Shown here piece after piece: positions 39,172 through 51,719 of a stretch of 64,000 nucleotides of DNA. The notes under the pieces were generated by a model, which saw nothing but the letters and a program-made list of their open reading frames with translations, had not been told where the DNA came from and made no database searches. Position 1 is the first letter of the stretch. Each line of letters starts with the position of its first letter. Position numbers and translations under genes: made by a program. Origin of the DNA: Nageia nagi (lineage: Eukaryota; Plantae; Pinophyta); NCBI GenBank assembly GCA_050084985.1, contig JBITNC010000001.1:157170001-157234000 (forward strand), in the 5' to 3' direction.

Positions 39172-42100
39172 CTGCAAAGTATTACATTTTGCGAGTCAAA
39201 TAACATTAATACAAAATCAAGCACTCTTAGCTCAATGAAGAGATTTAAAGTCACCAGACTCACCAAATGGTAGGAAACCAGCTAGCATTTTTCAAACTGA
39301 GAAATTAATCAAATTGAGCCCAGACATTGTCATTGAAAAAAATTGTAAACAAAAGTTAAAAATAATGTATAAAGTACATGAAATTATATGAAAAACCTTT
39401 GTTATAAAACTCTACAAACCTTGGTGACTTATTTTAGAGTTACTCCATAACAAAAATATGCATGATAAAGCCTTGGATACTTCTTCACTTGACACTCTTA
39501 CTTCATTTTAACTCGAACATCTACACGAATAAAAAGGACCCCTTCAAATAATTTGGAAATCTTCAAATCATAGAGGTACCTAGAATTAAAAGATTCTATT
39601 GTCCAAACTTAAGTGTGACACAACAGTTCCCTAAATCAAATCTAACATGTAGCCCCAATTCAATTTTCTATACAGAAAATGTTCTATTTTTCTTTAATCT
39701 TAAGATTGAATGAGGATATAAATGGGAAAATGAAAAAGAATACATAAGTTTACATTCATAACACTAACAAAACACCTCTTACACGGAGGAGGGCACAAAA
39801 TACTTATCTACAAGAATAACGACAGGTAATGGGAAACACCTTCATATCATATAAAATATACCTTGTCTACATATACTTTGTCTACATATGTTATTGACCT
39901 TATCCGCTTATTAATCAATAAGAAGGAATGAAAAAAAAAAAAAAAAGAATTTAGTAGTGTTCAATGAGGTCTCATGATACAGAAGGCGTAGTAATGGATG
40001 AGTCTGTTGGATTAACAACATTATGCACACATACATGACCAAGCACAATCAAAACTCAACTAAGCCCAGCTTAATACACATTACTACTTAGGTTAATTAG
40101 TAAATTATATATTTACATTTATATAAAACAAAATCTGTAGAAATTATCCTCTGCACTCACATGGGACTACTATAAAATGTGATATTGACATAGATATTGT
40201 AACTATAGACTTTTATAACTGTTTATTTTTCAATTCAAGCTGTTTATAGCTCTTCTAACTAGTGTAATAGCATCAAGCATGTCCATAATGACACACTCCA
40301 TTATTGCAACTTACCTTCCTAGTCTGTGCAAATGTGTAAACGTTGAGATTGCAAATCACTACTTGTTAGATTGCCTCAGTTGTGCTTTCTTGCAGTTTAT
40401 GTTTAAGCTGCCTTTTTATACAAAGTTATTGGTTAGTGTTCGAAATTGACCTCGGTTGACTTGCAAATATGACTTCATCAACAATTTTTGGCCAGATCTG
40501 ATGAAACTGGTCCCCCTGATGAAATGCAAGCACGTTTCAGGTGAAACGCAGACCCTCTAATGAAACACAAGCGTGTTTCAATTTCCACGTGAGTAATTCT
40601 GGAATGTATGAACCCTGGGCATATGAGCTAAAACATTGGCGTGTTCCTGGAGTGTTCTGATGAAATGCTGGTGCGTTTTATCAGTTTTGTCTTTTTTTTC
40701 TTAGGCGTTACAATTTGGTTGGTTTTGTAACTGTAGGTCTTGGACTCCTCATTTAGATCGATTCTTCTTCATCCGGATTGTACATAGACTGTAGTTTCAT
40801 TCTAGTTTGGGTTGATTTCCAACTTGGTTGTACTGGTGTGTAGCATTTTGATGTTGAAGACTGAATATTGATAACTCCATTATTCTCCATTGCTATCTCT
40901 TGTTCATTGTGTATTTGCTTCATTGTGGATGATGTTTGTTTATAAGTTTCGGCTATAAATTTCATTGTGGTATCAGAGCTTGGTTTGATTGAAGGATTTG
41001 AATAAATTTGTGATCTTTGTAGCAATTTATCAAATTCTTATTTGATATTGTTGTCTTGTTGCTTGAGCTATAATGGCCAACAACACAAACTCCCTTCCTA
41101 TTTCAGAGTTTCATGGAGCAGACTATAAATATTGGAGAATCAAAATGAAGATTTTGTTGATGGGCAAAGGAATGTGGGATATTGTTGAGGATGGTTACAT
41201 TGAACCAAGTGATTGGAGCACTCTTCAAGTTGCTAATAGGACAGCAAGGAAGGAGACACAAAAGAGGAATTGTCTAGCTCTCTATCATCTTGAATCTGCA
41301 CTTGAGAAGAGCATTTTCCCAAGGATTGTTGGTTGTACAACAGCTGCACAAGCATGGAATGCTTTGAAAGATGGATATCAAGGAAGTGACCAGGTCAAAC
41401 AAGTTAAATTGCAAACTTTTAGAAGAGAGTTTAAGAATTTGAAGATGCAAGAAAGTGAAGGTGTTGGAGATTACTGTGTAAGAGTGAAGGTTGTTGTCAA
41501 CAAAATGGCAACTCTTAGAGAAGTGTTGGAAAAGGAAGTTGTGATCAAGAAGAAGTTAAGAACACTTACCCCCAAATGGAACCATGTTGCTATCATTATT
41601 GAAGAAAGCAAAAATTATCCACTCTTGAATTTGATCAATTGATTGGCTTTCTCATGTCTCATGAGAAGAGGTTGAAAGAACCTACTGTTGGAAGTGTTGA
41701 GGAGAAAGCATTTTCTTCCAAAGACACTAAAGCAAGTTCTAGTGGACAAGAAATGCAAATAGCCAAGGGAGAGGTCAGAATTCTTCTCAACGAAGAGGTA
41801 GAGGTGGTTCAGCTGCAAGAGGAAGAGGTAGAGGCAGAATTGATAAGAAGAATATGCAATGTTACCATTGCAATATATATGGGCATTTTGAGATAGAGCG
41901 TAGACTCAAGGTTGCAAATGAAGGGAGGACAGCCAACTATGGTGAAGAGGAGACTGTTGGTGATCAGAGTTTGTTCTTATCATACAATAAGTTTGTTAAG
42001 AATCTTCGAGAGACATGAATACTTGATACGGGATATTCCAATCATGCTATCGGTAAGGGAGAGATGTTTTCCTTAGATCATTCCTACAAATCTAGTGTCA

Positions 42101-43680
42101 AGTTTGGTGATGATAAAACCTTGAAGGTATCAGCCAAAGGAGTGATGGAAGTGAACACAAGAGAAGGGAAGAAGAAGGTTCATGATATCTACTATACTCC
42201 AAATTTGAAACACAATTTGTTGAGTGTAGGCCAGATTAGAGAGAAAAACTACAAGCTAGTTTTTGAAGATAGAAAATGTGTCATTAATTACAAGAACCAT
42301 GGGAACAAAGTTGTTACAACTATTCCTATATCAAGCAATAGGTGGTTTCTTTTGATATTTGGAGGACAAGGTGGCAATCTTGCAAACGTGGTTGTTGAAA
42401 AAAAGAATTGGTTGTAGCTTCTCAGATTTGGGCACATGAATTTTTCAGGTTTGAATTTGCTTACATCTCATGAGATGGTGTATGGCTTGCCAAAGGTGGA
42501 GGATCAAAAGACTGTTTGTGAAGGGTGTCTCTTGGGAAAGCAAACTAGACAGAATTTTCCTAAAGGGAAAGCATGGAGGGCTTCGTATCCTCTTCAATCG
42601 ATCCATTCTGATATTTGTGGGCCTATGCAAACTCAAAGTTTGGGTAAGAACTCCTATTTTCTTACCTTTATTTATGATTGTTCAAGGATGTGTTGGGTGT
42701 TTTTTTCTAAAACACAAGGAGGAAGCATTTAATTGTTTCAAGGATTTTAAAAATCATGTTGAAAATCAGAGTGGAAGAAGCATAAAGTATTTGAGACTGA
42801 CCGTGGTGGAGAGTTTTGCTCCAATGAGTTTCTTGCATTTTGCAAAGAAAGTGGCATTAAAAGGCAAATCATTGTTGCCTATACTCCACAACAAAATGGA
42901 GCAGCTGAAAGAAAAAATAGGACTGTTGTTGAAATGGCAAGGAGAATGTTGCAAACCAAGAAATTGAGCAATATTTACTGGGCTGATCAGTCCGGACAGC
43001 AATGTATATCTTGAATAGGAATCTTACTAGTAGCTTGGAAAAGATGACTCCCTATGAAGATTGGTATGAAAAGAAGCCCAATGTTAACCATTTCAAAGTT
43101 TTTGGTTACTTGGCTTATGCTCATGTGGCTAATGAACATAGGAGGAAGCTTGATCCTAAGAGATGAAGCATGTATTTTCATAGGCCATGGTGAGAACACT
43201 AAGACCTATAGGCTGTACAATCCAAAAACTCACAAAGTTGTGGTGTCTAGAGACGTGATTTTTGATGAAGGGGGAGTGTATGATCATCAAAAACAGTATG
43301 TAGATGATGGTGGCCATGGTGGAAGCTCTTCAAATGTACAGTCTATTGACGCCTCAACACACACCCCCTCCTTCTTTTTTTTGCAAAAGGATAAGGGGAA
43401 CCTCAGCTTCAAACAACATTTTTTTTAGCAAGAATGGAAGAAAGTTGTTCAAAATAGCCCAAAGTGCAACTTTAAAATCAAATGAGAAGCTTACTTAAGA
43501 AAAACAAGCATTTTCCAGGAAATTCATGTATAGGAACAAGTATGAAATCCGAAAATGGTGAAGTTCAAGGTTGGTCGTATGTCGAAGGAAAGATATATTT
43601 ACATGGAATAGCACAGCCACCTTCTCAAGCAAGTTTCAGCATTCAAAAGGTTGTTAAGTCCTCAAATTCTCCATTTTAAG

Positions 43681-44958
43681 GGTGTTCGCATGATTTCCAA
43701 CAATTGCAAAGTCATCTTCCTCTAACCATGAAACCACCTCTCTTAAGCAACCAGGAAGCATAAAATCGGGTTAAGTAATGGAAATTCTCTTCCAAGGGCA
43801 TTCGCACAATTCAAGTTAGTTGCAAAGTCATCTTTTTGTGGCCTCCCAACCACCATTACTAGCACGTTGCATTTGCCTTGATCACATTCGGCCTTCATTT
43901 GAACCAAATGGACGAGGGCACTTGGCAAGGAAGTCAGTATATAAAGGAAGGCCGCCTAGTTCACTTATAACATTCATATTGCAGCTTCAAAGGTGTTTGC
44001 ATGGTTCTTGAAAGTAACATTTTCATCTTCCTAAAACTATGCGACCACCATCCTTTCAAGTTCCAAGTTCAAGAATCGACTAAATGTTGGGAAAAAGGCT
44101 CATTAAGGCGTTCGCATGGTTTCAAACAGTAGCATTTCCATCCTTTTCCAAGCATGCGACACCCTTTTAGACATTAAACATGCATTGAATCGGCTTGTCT
44201 CGAAGTCATTCGGCCTCCACTCGAACCACTATAATGTGGACACCTGTCAAGGTGAAAACTATAAAAGCAAGTCTTGTTCCTTACTTCCAAGTCAACTTTT
44301 GCCTCTGAAGTGGTTGCACAATCCTAAATAGTCACCTTTGCATCTTGTTGAAGGCATGCGACCACCCCCTTTCTACATTCAAACACCATTCATAGTGATC
44401 ACATGGTTTCACAGAGTTGCGTTTGCATCCCTTTCAAGACAAGCAACCACCATCATTCCTGCATCTTGGGGCTAAGTCTAGCATGTTGATCATCCATTCT
44501 TAGTGGTCGCATGGTTCCATTTAGTTACCTTTGCATCTTTCAAGGAAGGCCCAACCACCTTTTTGCATCTCCAAAACAACTAAGTATGTTCGCATGGTTT
44601 TGAATAGTTAAAGTTTCATCTTCTGGAAAGCATGTGACCACCTTTGTCATGCATTATAAACGACACTTGTCGAAGCACTTGCCTTTCCTCCTTGAAATAT
44701 TGCCATCTGGCAATCCTGAGCAACTATAAAAGAGAAAGAAGGGTGACTTAGTCCAAGTTAGTGTTTCATAGTGTTGGTCGCACGATTTCAAGAAGTTACA
44801 CTCCCATCATTCCAAAACCGTGCAACCACCTCCTTATTACATTATTGTTTGCATTTCATGATCCATTGCATTGTTTGTTTTGCATCAACTCATTCCACAA
44901 CATGGTCGCATGGTTCCTAGGAGATAGACATCCATCATTGTGAATGCATGCGACCACC
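43681..44958. repeat. Array of ten 58-bp palindromic modules (12-bp arm, 34-bp interior, 12-bp arm)
   Basis: Starts at 43681, 43797, 43992, 44107, 44309, 44394, 44502, 44585, 44773 and 44901. Approximate consensus GGTG(G/T)TCGCATG-N9-AGT-N8-CATC-N10-CATGCGACCACC. Confidence 0.92.
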
Positions 44959-45266
44959 CCTTTTTGCATTTAAATCGTTTTAGTAAGCGTCCATTTCTGT
45001 CCTAAAAGTGGGCCCATGCACTTCCTTACCGTTTTTGTGGTTACCTCATACATTTAAAATTTGAATTCATTTGCATTCAAAAGAGAAACCACCTGTCAAC
45101 CACCTTGTCATCATTCATGCATTAAAATTAGGTTATAGACAATGTTGCATGTAGAAAGAAGTTGGTCACCTTACTTTCATATACAAGCATACAAGTTTGT
45201 CAGGCATTGCACCCCCTTCTCTGTCAGAGTCAGTCGCTACTAATTCATTTTGCTTGCAAGTTAAAG

Positions 45267-47210
45267 ATGGTAAAGATCAATTCTAAGCTAGGCAAATCCA
45301 GAGATAGAATTTGCGAAAAAGAATCCTGAAGATCCCTTGAAGCAAGCCAAATTCAAGAATAACTTTACCACTATCCGGGATACCAACTGGTCTCACACCG
45401 ACCCAATCCAAACATTACAAGCTATTGGGGAATTAGACAAATTCCAAATCTCTAAAGAAATAGTGTGTACTTCTGGATTGGCGACTGCCACATTAATTCC
45501 TTTTGCCGTTCCTTTTCCATACTTCTGCTACAAAGTGGGTAGGCATGCCAACTTCAAGAATCGAGCCCTCTATGACACTAATGGAAATCAAATCTTAGAT
45601 TTCTCTCCTTCGGGGATTGAGGAAGCCTTTAAGTGGAGCAATGAAGGGGTCATTTATACGGAGAGAGATTCTTTAGAATATTATGAGAAGTCTCCACAAG
45701 CTGCAAGTCTTATCAGAGAAACAAGTTGTTAAATGCAAAGAGGCAACACTTCTACCCCACGGTATCTATGATCATTAGCATGTTGTCTAGAATCACTGGC
45801 AAAGAAGATGACTTTAAGTTCCGAAAAGAGTTCACTGGATTCATTGCCATGATTGGAAACTGGTAGAGAATAAGGTGGAGTAGAGTAATAAGTGACTCCC
45901 TCTTGTTCCAACTAGCTCACATTGGTTCTTCAAGAAAGTTTTGTATGAATTCCTACCTAGTTTTCCATCTCCTCCATGCCAAAAATAGGAAGTCAACCCA
46001 TACAGAAGTTGAGATCTTGAATAATCCAGAGAAGCTTGTATGGAGAGCTTACCCCAAGTGGTGGCTAGAGTCAAGATGGAACTACTATGCCATGAGGAAC
46101 GATGGATGGGAGTTCCAAATTTATAAAGAAATCAAGGGGAGGCAAATGGTGAAAAGAATCTCCGATTCAGCCGTTGAGGCCATTCGGGGGCATGCTGACT
46201 ACTTTCTAAAAGACCTTGCACATACTTAAATCCGGGTCTATGGCTCTAAAGTTAGCCCTTACGTCTTGCCCTAGTATGCCAGCAATCACTTCATCCTCAT
46301 GGAATTTTGCAAGCAACTATTGTTTTTGTATGAAAATGTATGGAAAAAGAAAAATGCTACAACTAATATCCCTATTTCAATCAAGGATTACACTTGCTCA
46401 ACCTAGCAAAAGGCTAAGGAGATGGGCAAAGAATTATCTTACTACCACTTTAGTGAGGAGGAGGCAACCTCCCACTATGACCTTGAAGGGAGAATCCAGT
46501 GCTTTTACAAACGAGCATTTAGGAATCCTATGATCTATGGGCATCGACCTCTTGGGAACAAGGAAAGATACAGAAACAAGAGGGAGGAGAAGCAGATCCA
46601 AGAGGTTCATCAAATCCTGATAGCTGAAGGACGAATTGATAGGAGAATCCAGAACCTGAATGATCCTCGGACCGTCTCCACTGACAGATCGACCTCCTTT
46701 TCAAGAATAAGAAGACACCAAGGAAGGACAGAAGAGCACGACACTCTGGGTGTGGCCAGGCCTGGAATCCACACCGTAGTTAGGGAGATTGCCAAAGACG
46801 TTGCCATCATAAAGGAAACAAGTTATCCAAATTTCCCTCTCCAACAGCTTGAAGATGTTATCCCAAAGGATGTTCCTATGGTGCCTATCATGCCTATTCA
46901 GGCTGAGAATCCTCTAGTCCTCCCTGACCTATTAATACCTGCAAAGGAACATGCACCAGACATGTTTCCAGAGCCTATTGAGGCCGAAATTCAAGAAAAT
47001 GCTCCCACCACAAACCAACCCGAGGATCCTAACTCCTCAAGCTCGTCTTCTGATTTTGAAACATCCTTTGAATCATCTAGTTCACATGAATCAAGTTTGA
47101 GAGAAGAAGACATTGAAAAAGAGACCGAAGAAGAGCATAAAGATGGTGAAGATTCTCACACTAACTCACATGAAACTCAAATCATAGATATCGAAGGAGA
47201 TTCTGACATT
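45267..47210 (+). pseudogene. Frameshifted ~640-codon non-Gag/Pol ORF inside the giant LTR-like unit
   Basis: Consecutive same-strand ORF pieces 45337-45732, 45903-46229 and 46422 onward, bridged by alternate-frame IISMLSRITGKEDD...IRWSRVISDSL and IRVYGSKVSPYVLP. Ends in a Pro-, Ser- and Glu-rich tail. Start and end approximate. Confidence 0.7.
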
Positions 47211-50200
47211 TGGCGATGTTGTTTGGCCGCAATTTTGTTTTTGACAGTAGTTTACACATTTTACGATATAGTAATAGGGTTGCGTGGTTGTTTTAGGGCA
47301 ACATCTCATTTAATGAGGTTGTCAGTAGCATGCTATAAGTACATTTCACTGGGTCATTATAAGAAGGAGGAGATGGTTATGCAGTTAGAGATACACATAT
47401 AGTTAAATGCATAGAGATTGTGTAATTGCTTTTGCGAGCTGAATGTCAATTTTCTAAGGAGCATTTTTTGAAGCACAACTTTTGAAGTTTAAGTTTCCAT
47501 TTGCATGTATGTATGATCCATCTTTTTGGGGAAACTTTGTTATCAATGAAAGTCTGATTGTTTATTTCATGGGATTGTAATTATGTTAATGACATGACAT
47601 GCATGTTGTTGCATTGTTTATACATTTATGAGCATTTCCTTTGAAAGTTCGGCACTTTAGGGAAAGATTGTTGAATATCTTTCTTAAATGGATGAATGAT
47701 CGTTCCTGCAATCTGCATACAGTTGTATTATTTTGGAACTACTCTGCTTTTATGATATTTGATTGGCTTTATCTGCCGGAAATGGGAAACTAATCTATAC
47801 ACCCATTCACATTCACCTTACCATACCAATTATCGCCTTGTGCTCTTGCTTGGGAAAGATCCGAACCCAGTCGCTTCCTTCCTTGCTTGATGATCCCAGT
47901 AGAAATTTCCTAATAAATCCAAAAGCAAAGCCCCAAACCCTATGCAACAGTAAACAATCATTACTTATTTCACAATCAACTGCTGAGTTCACTTCGTTCT
48001 TGCATGTCTCTACACCTTGAATACCATTGTCTTTTGCTTTGAGTACTATCATGAGAATTGCAGAAAATTGTGAAGGAATACCAATAGGTCCGTAATTACT
48101 TTGTGAGTTAACTACCCCGAGCACATTCTTACCTGAGCCACTTCCTCGACAAAAGAGCACCTTTAATAGGTAGGGAAAATCCGTTTAAGGTCACAAGGAA
48201 CCCTTTAGAGTTCCAAAGCCGTATAAACCTTGGGGTTAAAGTCCTTTCAAGTGGAGGTAAGTAATGCTACCTCACTCTTCCTGGTGTTGTTTCTCACAAG
48301 GGGAAACAAACTCACGTCAACACAATCCAATGTGCAGCCCAACCTTCAAATTGTGCCACCAAGTCCACCAATCAGCTCTTCAAACAGTCCAACTTCAAGC
48401 ACTACTAGTCCCTCTTCAAGTGACAATTCACCAAACAATATTTTGTTTGATGTGATGAAGACCAAGAGAGGTAAAAAGACACTACAAATTCATCCACCTA
48501 CTCAAGTTTTGGTCAATAATTTCCATAGAAAACTCACAAGAAGTCGAGCTCAAGAAATGGACCAAGTTGTTCAAAGGCCAAGAAGATGCACATGTATGGT
48601 GATAAAGATGAAGGTGAGCCAAAAGGTGATGTTGTGAATTATGCCTTGATGACTGTTTCTGATTATGAAACTTTTTGTTATGAAGAATCTTGTACTAACC
48701 GTGTTTGGATGCAACAATGACGGAAGCATTGAGAGACACAAGGCTAGGCTTGTGGCTAAAGGATTCACACAAAAGTATGGAATTGATTATGAAGAGAATT
48801 ATGCACCGGTAGCAAGGCAAGAAACAGTGAGGATGGTTCTTCCTTTTGCTGCCCAAAAACGTTGGAATGTACATCACATGGATGTAAAAAGTGCATTTTT
48901 GAATGGCTACTTGGATGAGGAGGTTTATATACAACAACCTCAAATTTTTGAGATCAAAGGAGAGAAGATCATGTGTATAAACTAAAGAACGCTTTGTATG
49001 GCCTTAAACAAGCACCAAGAGCTTGGTACACAAGAATTGACAGATGACGTCTTGTTTGTATGTTGATGATTTGATTTATATGGTTAGTAGGTCGAAGTTG
49101 AACGACAATTTTAAGGTTGCCATGATGAGTGAGTTTGAAATGAAGGATTTAGAATTGATGTAATATTTTCTTGGCATGGAGGAGCACCAAAGTAAAGACC
49201 AAATCTTCATTTGTCAAACCAAGTATGCAAAAGATATGTTGAAGAAGTATGGAATGGACAATTACAAACCAGTCCCTACTCCCATTACTCATGGTGAGTT
49301 TTTGTGCAAAGATGATGGGGCTACAAAAATGAATGTAACTAAGTATAGGAGCATTGTTGGGAGCCTAATGTTTCTCACAAACACCAAACGCGATATTGCA
49401 CATGATGTCTCTTTGGTTTCTAGATACATGAGTAAGTCTTTTATCTTGCATTTGAGAGCTACAAAACGAATTATTAGATATGTAAGTGGTACCATTGATT
49501 TTGGCATTCATTATTCTCATATTAAGAAGATGAAATTGGTTGGTTTTAGTGACTCGGATTGGGGTAGCAACTTGGATGATAGAAAGTCTACCTTAGGTAA
49601 CTGTTTTTCACTTGGTTCAGGGCTTATCACTTCGAACTTCAAGAAGCAAGGATCAATAGCACTCTCCCAGAGGCTGAACACATTGCACTCACTTCAGCAG
49701 CCTTGTAGCTTTGAAAAGCTTTGGAGGAGATTGGTGAGAAACAAGATGGACCTGCTTTACTTTTTTATGACAACATGAATGCCATTCAGTTGGCACAAAA
49801 CCCAATCCACCATAGCCGATCTAAACACTTTGATTTGAAGTATCATTTCATTCGTGAAATGGTGGAGAAGAAACATATTGAGCTAAGGTATTGTAGCACT
49901 CATGATCAATTGGTGGATATTTTCACAAAAGGGGTTGCTAAAGCTCAGTTTTTGAAGCTGAGAAACTCACTTGTAAGCCCTCTCAGCATCAAGGGGAAGA
50001 ATGTTGGAAATTGACCTCAGTTAACTTGTAAATTTGACCTCATCAACAATTTATGGCCAAATCTAATGAAATGTGGTCCCCCTAATGAAACGTAGGCGCA
50101 CTCAAGTGAAACACAGATGCTCTGATGAAACGCAAGCTTATTTCAATTTCTACATAAGCAATTCCAGAATGTATGAGCCCTGGTCATATGAGCTAAAACA

Positions 50201-51228
50201 TTGGCGTAAACCTGGGGTGTTTTGATGGAATGTTGGCGTGTTTTATCATTTTTGTCCTTTTTGTCTTAGGCGTTACAATTTTGCTTGGTTTTGTAACTCT
50301 AGGTCTTAGACTTCTCAATTCATATTCTTGATCAATTCTTCTTCATCCGGATTATACATAGACTATAGTTTCATTCTAGTTTGGGTTGATTTCCAACTTG
50401 GTTGTACTGGTGTGTGGCATTTTGATATTGAAGACTGAATATTGAGAACTCCATTATTCTCCACTGCTATATCTCGTTTATTGTGTATTTGCTTCATTGT
50501 GGATGATGTTTGTTTATAAGTTTTGGCTATAAACTTCAGTTAGGATCATCTTCAGCTTGAAACATCCCAAACTTAATACGTGAAACAACTACGTTTTATT
50601 CTCACACTGGGTACGCTTGCAAAATGTTGGTCTTATGGATCCTTTATAATCAAATACAGCTCACTTATTTCCTCCATCAGTTTCATTGTGTGAGCCTAAC
50701 ATTTTGTATCTCTGCATATTGAACTTGTTGGAGCATATTACAAAGAAAATTGATAAGGTGATTTGCCAAAAAAACATTTTTCGCTCACAAACTAGTACTC
50801 CTCATCAACTGACAAGTAAAAAAATATTAAAAAGAATACATAAGTTGTCTACAACCCTACATATCGCAAGTTCTAACAGTTGTGCCAAAAACTGCAAGAC
50901 TTGTATCTCATATGTTTCATGTTAATGACAATTAAATCAGGCATAAAACCAGTTGAAACATGCTATGTGAAGGATTTAACTCCTGCTCAGATTACCCCTT
51001 TGGCTACTTATGATACCCATATTTTGGTCGGAAAGGGTCCTCATGCATCTGATCAGGCTTAGGCTGGACATAAGAAATCTTATCCTCCGCAAAATATTCA
51101 TCAGTCTACATAAGTGATGAGTGAATTATGGGCCATTGGGTAGAGATGGAAGGGTGAAACTAGAAACATCAGTAGCGTTATCAACCAAAATGCATTCCTA
51201 GCTTTGGGACCTAATCCAAGTTGTCTTC

Positions 51229-51324
51229 TTTTCTCTGTATAGGTAATTAATGTTAGGTTATGGTTGTACTTGCTAATTTTCTCTGTATAGGTAATTAATG
51301 TTAGGTTATGGTTGTACTTGCTAA
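51229..51324. repeat. Perfect 48-bp tandem duplication
   Basis: TTTTCTCTGTATAGGTAATTAATGTTAGGTTATGGTTGTACTTGCTAA x2. Confidence 0.95.
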
Positions 51325-51719
51325 CCCATTAAGGTTGCTTAAAAACCTAATATAACATTATCAAGTAAATTATTTAATATTTGATATATAATGAGCCATA
51401 AAATTGTAAATGGCTGACCAAAATTGTATTTGGTACTAGGATCAACTTTTATTAATATGAGTTATCCGGTCATTTATTTTATTGTCAATTCATTTCCATA
51501 AAGCCCAATATATCTTTGTGTTAATCTTCCTCCTCTTACTTCACATTTCTTATTTTGAATTTGTTTTTTTGTAATTTTGGTGTAGTCTTTAAAGGTCCTT
51601 CAGTTTTGGGCTCCTCTCATTTCTCTCACATGCTATCAGAGCTATTAATCCAAGGCTGGCCGTTGATATTCCAGAGAAAACAAGTTGCAAGTGCAGCATC
51701 AGAGTGTGCGGGAACAGCC

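Larger units (their letters stand above)
43344..48322 (+). mobile_element. 4,979-bp LTR-like unit (probable giant Gypsy solo LTR) containing a repeat array and an ORF
   Basis: Termini TATTGACG / CGTCAACA (inverted, TG mutated to TA). 5-bp TSD CAGTC/CAATC. Copia Ser/Pro-rich linker resumes on both sides. No internal PBS, terminal direct repeats or pol motifs seen. Confidence 0.8.
40437..50538 (+). mobile_element. Two-LTR Ty1/Copia retrotransposon, pseudogenised, with a 5-kb nested insertion
   Basis: LTRs 40437-40964 and 50002-50538. Perfect TSD GTTAG. PBS TGGTATCAGAGC at 40968. Gag from 41073, integrase (HSDICGPM) ~42436-43290, RT/RNase H ~48720-50000 with deletions, PPT ~49991-50001. Confidence 0.97.

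Noticed and set aside
40495-40680. Hammerhead ribozyme in the Copia LTR (repeated CTGATGA and GAAAC)
   Set aside because: GAAA does not directly follow a stem II, and I could not build stems I/III with an NUH site. It is better explained as a repeated TGAAACGC palindromic LTR motif. An Infernal search against the Rfam hammerhead models would settle it.
43681-44958. CRISPR array interpretation of the module array
   Set aside because: Eukaryotic TE context with no cas genes. The repeats are degenerate inverted pairs, the interiors are related to each other, and the linkers vary from 25 to 144 bp.
47211-47402. Hydrophobic C-terminus of ORF 46422-47402 as an env-like transmembrane segment
   Set aside because: Composition switches abruptly to T-rich, UTR-like sequence, so this is more likely read-through after a lost stop or frameshift. 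It cannot be supported without a family consensus.
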